A stretch of DNA of 64,000 nucleotides from a virus (taxonomy: Duplodnaviria > Caudoviricetes), in IMG/VR virus record IMGVR_UViG_3300033463_000032, positions 1 through 64,000 of that record. One strand, written 5' to 3'. This document shows, one piece after another, positions 60,628 through 64,000 of the stretch (position 1 is the stretch's first letter; each line of letters starts with the position of its first letter). The position numbers were made by a program, and so were the translations under genes. The notes beneath the pieces are model-generated. The model ran no database searches and was not told the origin of the DNA. It saw only the letters and a program-made list of their open reading frames with translations.

Positions 60628-63246
60628 ATGGCTAAGAAGTCAGGAAATGAATTTACCAATGCTAAATTCACAAATGCACAGTTTATAGGTAATAACAGTT
60701 CTAGGAGTAGATATATTGATAACTCCAAGTCTGTTAGTGATCTTAATGGTGTAAATAAACAAACTCAAGAATCAGTACATAGTAATAACAAGACCACTTT
60801 AGATGAATATACAGATTTATATAAATCTCTTGTAGGTTTACATAAAACAGAATATCTGGATAAGATTTCTAAGAATGAGAAGGAACATTATACTAAGCTC
60901 CTTGCTCCTAATACTAATGGTTTTATTTATAACTCTTATGATAAGCTTTATAGAGCATTAGAAGAAAGACACCAGAAATATCTTGATGCTATTAGTGGTG
61001 GTAGGGTAGAAACTGATGTAGAACCAGGAAAAGAACAAAAGCCACAAGAAGATTCTACTTCTGCTATTATTACTAATATTTATAAGGCACTTACTGAACT
61101 TGATGCCGGACAAGACACTACCATTAATCTTGTTAAACAGAATTTAAATCTTAGTACTGCTATGGCTACTTTTCTTGTTGCCTATGGTAAGACAAATGAA
61201 AAATTAGCAAATGCACAAAGAGATTTACAAACTGCAATAGACAAAACAGATACTGTATCTGGTAAAGATCCTGAAAACAAATCTGATAAAAAAGGAAAAA
61301 AGAACACCAATGAATTTTTAAAAGATATCTATGGCGGTATTCAGGAATTTACAAAGACAACTGTAGATAACTTAGTAGTTGGTAAGAGTAATCAAAAACT
61401 GATGAGAGATGTTTTTGATATTATTCGTGTGTTCCAAAAACAAGAATCAGTTACCAGTTCTATTGTAGAACTGATAATGATTGCCGTTAGAGAAGTTACA
61501 TCATTTATTGGTGAATCCATTACAGAGCATTATCAAACTCAGGAAAATACATACAGTCAATTTGGTTTGTATTTAATGAGAGCAGATGACTACTATGAAC
61601 AAAATGCTTTGTATAACAATGAAATGGCTTCTAAGATTTCTGATCTGTATGGATTAGAATTGCAGAACAATGTTAAATCTACAGAATGGTGGACAAAGCA
61701 AGTTGAACTGTTATCTAAAGGCTTTAGTGCAGAAGATAGCAGATCTGCAGCATTACAAAGCATCATACTTAATAAAGTTGCACCTAATTTAGATACATCT
61801 TCAAGTATCTTTATGGATTTGCAACAGTATGGTATGAATGAGATCATTCATAGTTTAGGTGGACTTGTAGAAGCTACCAGAGAAAATGCCGGAACTTCTA
61901 GGATTACAATGGGTAGTATGAGTACCATTGTAGATAAATTAGCTCCTATTGAACTGTATGCTAAAAAAGGATTATTAAACGAAAAAGCATCTGCTATGTT
62001 ATCAGCACTTGAAGATAGTGGTATGGCAACAGAAGATGCTTTGAACTTAGTAACAACAGCAAGTGGTGTATGGAGTGATGTTTATGGAAAACTTACAAGT
62101 GGTTCTGCTGCTGAAAGACTTGCTGCTACTAGGATCTTAAGTGGTGATTATACAGATTTTGCTGATACAGTCTTAGGAATGTATGGCCAAAGTGCTGGGA
62201 TGCTTTCTGGTGTTCCCGGAAAAGGCACTCCTACTGGTGCTTTACTTACTGGTGGTGTGTCTAGTGCTATGGGTTATAGTTGGATAAATGCTTGGTCTAA
62301 TCCTAGTATCATTGATGCAGAATTTCAAAGAAAATATAATGAATATCTTGGAAATGGTGTATCACCAGACAGAGCATATAAATCATTAGAAGATCTGTTA
62401 AGAGAAGATTTCTTACAGACCGGAGATCAATTATTAGAAAATCAGCAGAATAATTTAACTATTGCTACTCAAATAAATGGTTTCTTACAAATGATGGCCT
62501 TAGATATTTCTAAGATTGTAAGTTATTTTGCTTTGTTGTTAGAAGATAGGGATATTAGTTATTATACAGCAGATGCTAATGCTACTCTTAAAAACTTAGA
62601 ACAACAAGTTAAACTGGGTACAATATCTCAGGAAGATTACAATAAAGAAGTTGCTAAGTGGAAAGAGCAAGAAACTAAAGGCCAAGAACAGTACATGGAG
62701 TATGAAAAAAGCAAAAATGCAACCATTGGTACTGCATTAGGTGTTGGACTTGGCATAGTAACTGGAAGTCCGGTGTTTGGTCTTGCAACTAAAGGACTTG
62801 TAAGTGGAGCAGGCTATTTAGGATTTGGTGGATATTCAACAGACTATAGCAGTATTAATAGTACTGCTAATCAATTATATGGTGCTTACGGAAAGGTATC
62901 TTCCAATACTGCTGAACAACAAATGAAAAATGCAGGTATTCCTGGATATGCAATAGGTGGTTATGTAAAGAATAAACAATTAGCTTGGGTTGCAGAACAA
63001 CAGCCAGAGATCATTACACCTATACCTCAATTAGCAAGTGCAGTAATGCAAGGTGTTAATTTAAGTAATCAAAACAGAGATTATACACCAATCATTACTG
63101 CTATTAATGTAGTAGGATCTGCGATAGTAGAAGCTATTAAGGATGGAAAAGATACTGTTTCATTCCGTCTTGATAGATCAACCGGATTACTTAGTGATGG
63201 TAATAAAAAACAATATACTAGTTTAAGGCCAATAATGAGGAGATAA
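60628..63246 (+). CDS. Tape-measure-like protein
   Basis: Long helical protein; YAIGGYV...AWVAEQQPEII.P C-terminal motif. Confidence 0.7.
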   Translation: MAKKSGNEFTNAKFTNAQFIGNNSSRSRYIDNSKSVSDLNGVNKQTQESVHSNNKTTLDEYTDLYKSLVGLHKTEYLDKISKNEKEHYTKLLAPNTNGFIYNSYDKLYRALEERHQKYLDAISGGRVETDVEPGKEQKPQEDSTSAIITNIYKALTELDAGQDTTINLVKQNLNLSTAMATFLVAYGKTNEKLANAQRDLQTAIDKTDTVSGKDPENKSDKKGKKNTNEFLKDIYGGIQEFTKTTVDNLVVGKSNQKLMRDVFDIIRVFQKQESVTSSIVELIMIAVREVTSFIGESITEHYQTQENTYSQFGLYLMRADDYYEQNALYNNEMASKISDLYGLELQNNVKSTEWWTKQVELLSKGFSAEDSRSAALQSIILNKVAPNLDTSSSIFMDLQQYGMNEIIHSLGGLVEATRENAGTSRITMGSMSTIVDKLAPIELYAKKGLLNEKASAMLSALEDSGMATEDALNLVTTASGVWSDVYGKLTSGSAAERLAATRILSGDYTDFADTVLGMYGQSAGMLSGVPGKGTPTGALLTGGVSSAMGYSWINAWSNPSIIDAEFQRKYNEYLGNGVSPDRAYKSLEDLLREDFLQTGDQLLENQQNNLTIATQINGFLQMMALDISKIVSYFALLLEDRDISYYTADANATLKNLEQQVKLGTISQEDYNKEVAKWKEQETKGQEQYMEYEKSKNATIGTALGVGLGIVTGSPVFGLATKGLVSGAGYLGFGGYSTDYSSINSTANQLYGAYGKVSSNTAEQQMKNAGIPGYAIGGYVKNKQLAWVAEQQPEIITPIPQLASAVMQGVNLSNQNRDYTPIITAINVVGSAIVEAIKDGKDTVSFRLDRSTGLLSDGNKKQYTSLRPIMRR

Positions 63247-63250
63247 GATT

Positions 63251-64000
63251 ATGAATCTTAACTATGGTGATACAAATCTTGAAGTAAGATATCTTGAAGC
63301 ATTTCTTCAAAATGAATACAGTTCTACTTTAAGAGTTAGTGGAATATATGATGCATATACACATGAAACTCTTATTGAGTATAATAATCTTCCAAAAGTT
63401 GAAGATGCTAATTCTTTTTATATTCATGTAATGAATGATTTTGGAGAATACTTAAGTAACTTTAAAGTTGCCATTCTGTCTGATTCCATTACATTTCTTT
63501 CTAAATCTGTATCACAATTGCCTGAATTAGATGATGATATGGAAGCATTAAGGAAGAATGATATTTTTCAGTATGTAAGAAAGTATGGTTGGTCCATAAC
63601 TCAATTTGTATCATATGTATCTAATACAGAAAGATATATGATACAGATAAGTAAAGATACTAGGAAAAATCTTATTCCAGCAGATGCTATTTCATTAATA
63701 AATCTTTCTACATCAAATATTCTTACTGGTACAAAATTAGATCAGAATTCACCAATGATAAAGAAGGATTCTACTAATGCTAAATGCTGTATGATAGTGC
63801 CTTGTTTACCAGATACAGAATACATATTGATACATAGATTTGCTACTGAATATGATCCATTAGATCCTACAGTTCCTATTTACCCAGAAATAGTAGTTGG
63901 TTCTTCACCATATCAATATCCAAATCTGAAAGAACTTTCTAACAATATTAAGAACAATGAATTAATCCAGGTAGAACAAGGAGTACCTACCATATATAAG
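63251..64000 (+). CDS. Baseplate/tail protein with N-terminal PG-binding-like motif, 3'-truncated
   Basis: LNYGD...EV..L..FL......L.VSG.YD..T; appears open to the window end. Confidence 0.55.
   Translation, partial: MNLNYGDTNLEVRYLEAFLQNEYSSTLRVSGIYDAYTHETLIEYNNLPKVEDANSFYIHVMNDFGEYLSNFKVAILSDSITFLSKSVSQLPELDDDMEALRKNDIFQYVRKYGWSITQFVSYVSNTERYMIQISKDTRKNLIPADAISLINLSTSNILTGTKLDQNSPMIKKDSTNAKCCMIVPCLPDTEYILIHRFATEYDPLDPTVPIYPEIVVGSSPYQYPNLKELSNNIKNNELIQVEQGVPTIYK

Noticed and set aside
1-64000. Genome-wide TAG recoding (genetic code 15)
   Set aside because: Long genes are intact under code 11; only two internal TAGs seen and no canonical CTA-anticodon tRNA in the window

Overview
Late/structural region of a large AT-rich T4-like (Myoviridae-type) phage, probably infecting a Firmicutes host (Gram-positive-type RBSs, SleB, Dp-1-type holin, PG-binding endolysin, ArdA). 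Essentially all genes are on the + strand. Order: tail-fibre-like genes and lysis module (1-6.3 kb); accessory genes incl. SleB and GroES-like co-chaperonin; a DUF2828 (Ro60/TROVE-vWA-like) gene preceded by three ACAGCAA stem repeats; a 3.8 kb tRNA/ncRNA island (10 canonical tRNAs, 5 aberrant tRNA-like RNAs, two families of repeated structured RNAs, a frameshifted HNH gene); intein-containing large terminase; portal; a ~21 kb array of ~45 mostly acidic small genes; prohead protease-scaffold; a major capsid gene split by three group I introns, each with a homing endonuclease; neck, sheath, tube, baseplate-hub and tape-measure genes. Most notable: (1) about 25 unrelated proteins share a 6-9 aa N-terminal leader ending in (L/I/V)-x-E, resembling a capsid-targeting/prohead-protease cleavage tag and suggesting a very large virion-packaged effector payload; (2) a Ro60-like gene linked to a repeated ACAGCAA RNA element that also occurs inside a tRNA anticodon loop, among several tRNA mimics; (3) two covarying copies of a triple-pseudoknot RNA. 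All product calls come from motif recognition by eye; no searches were run.
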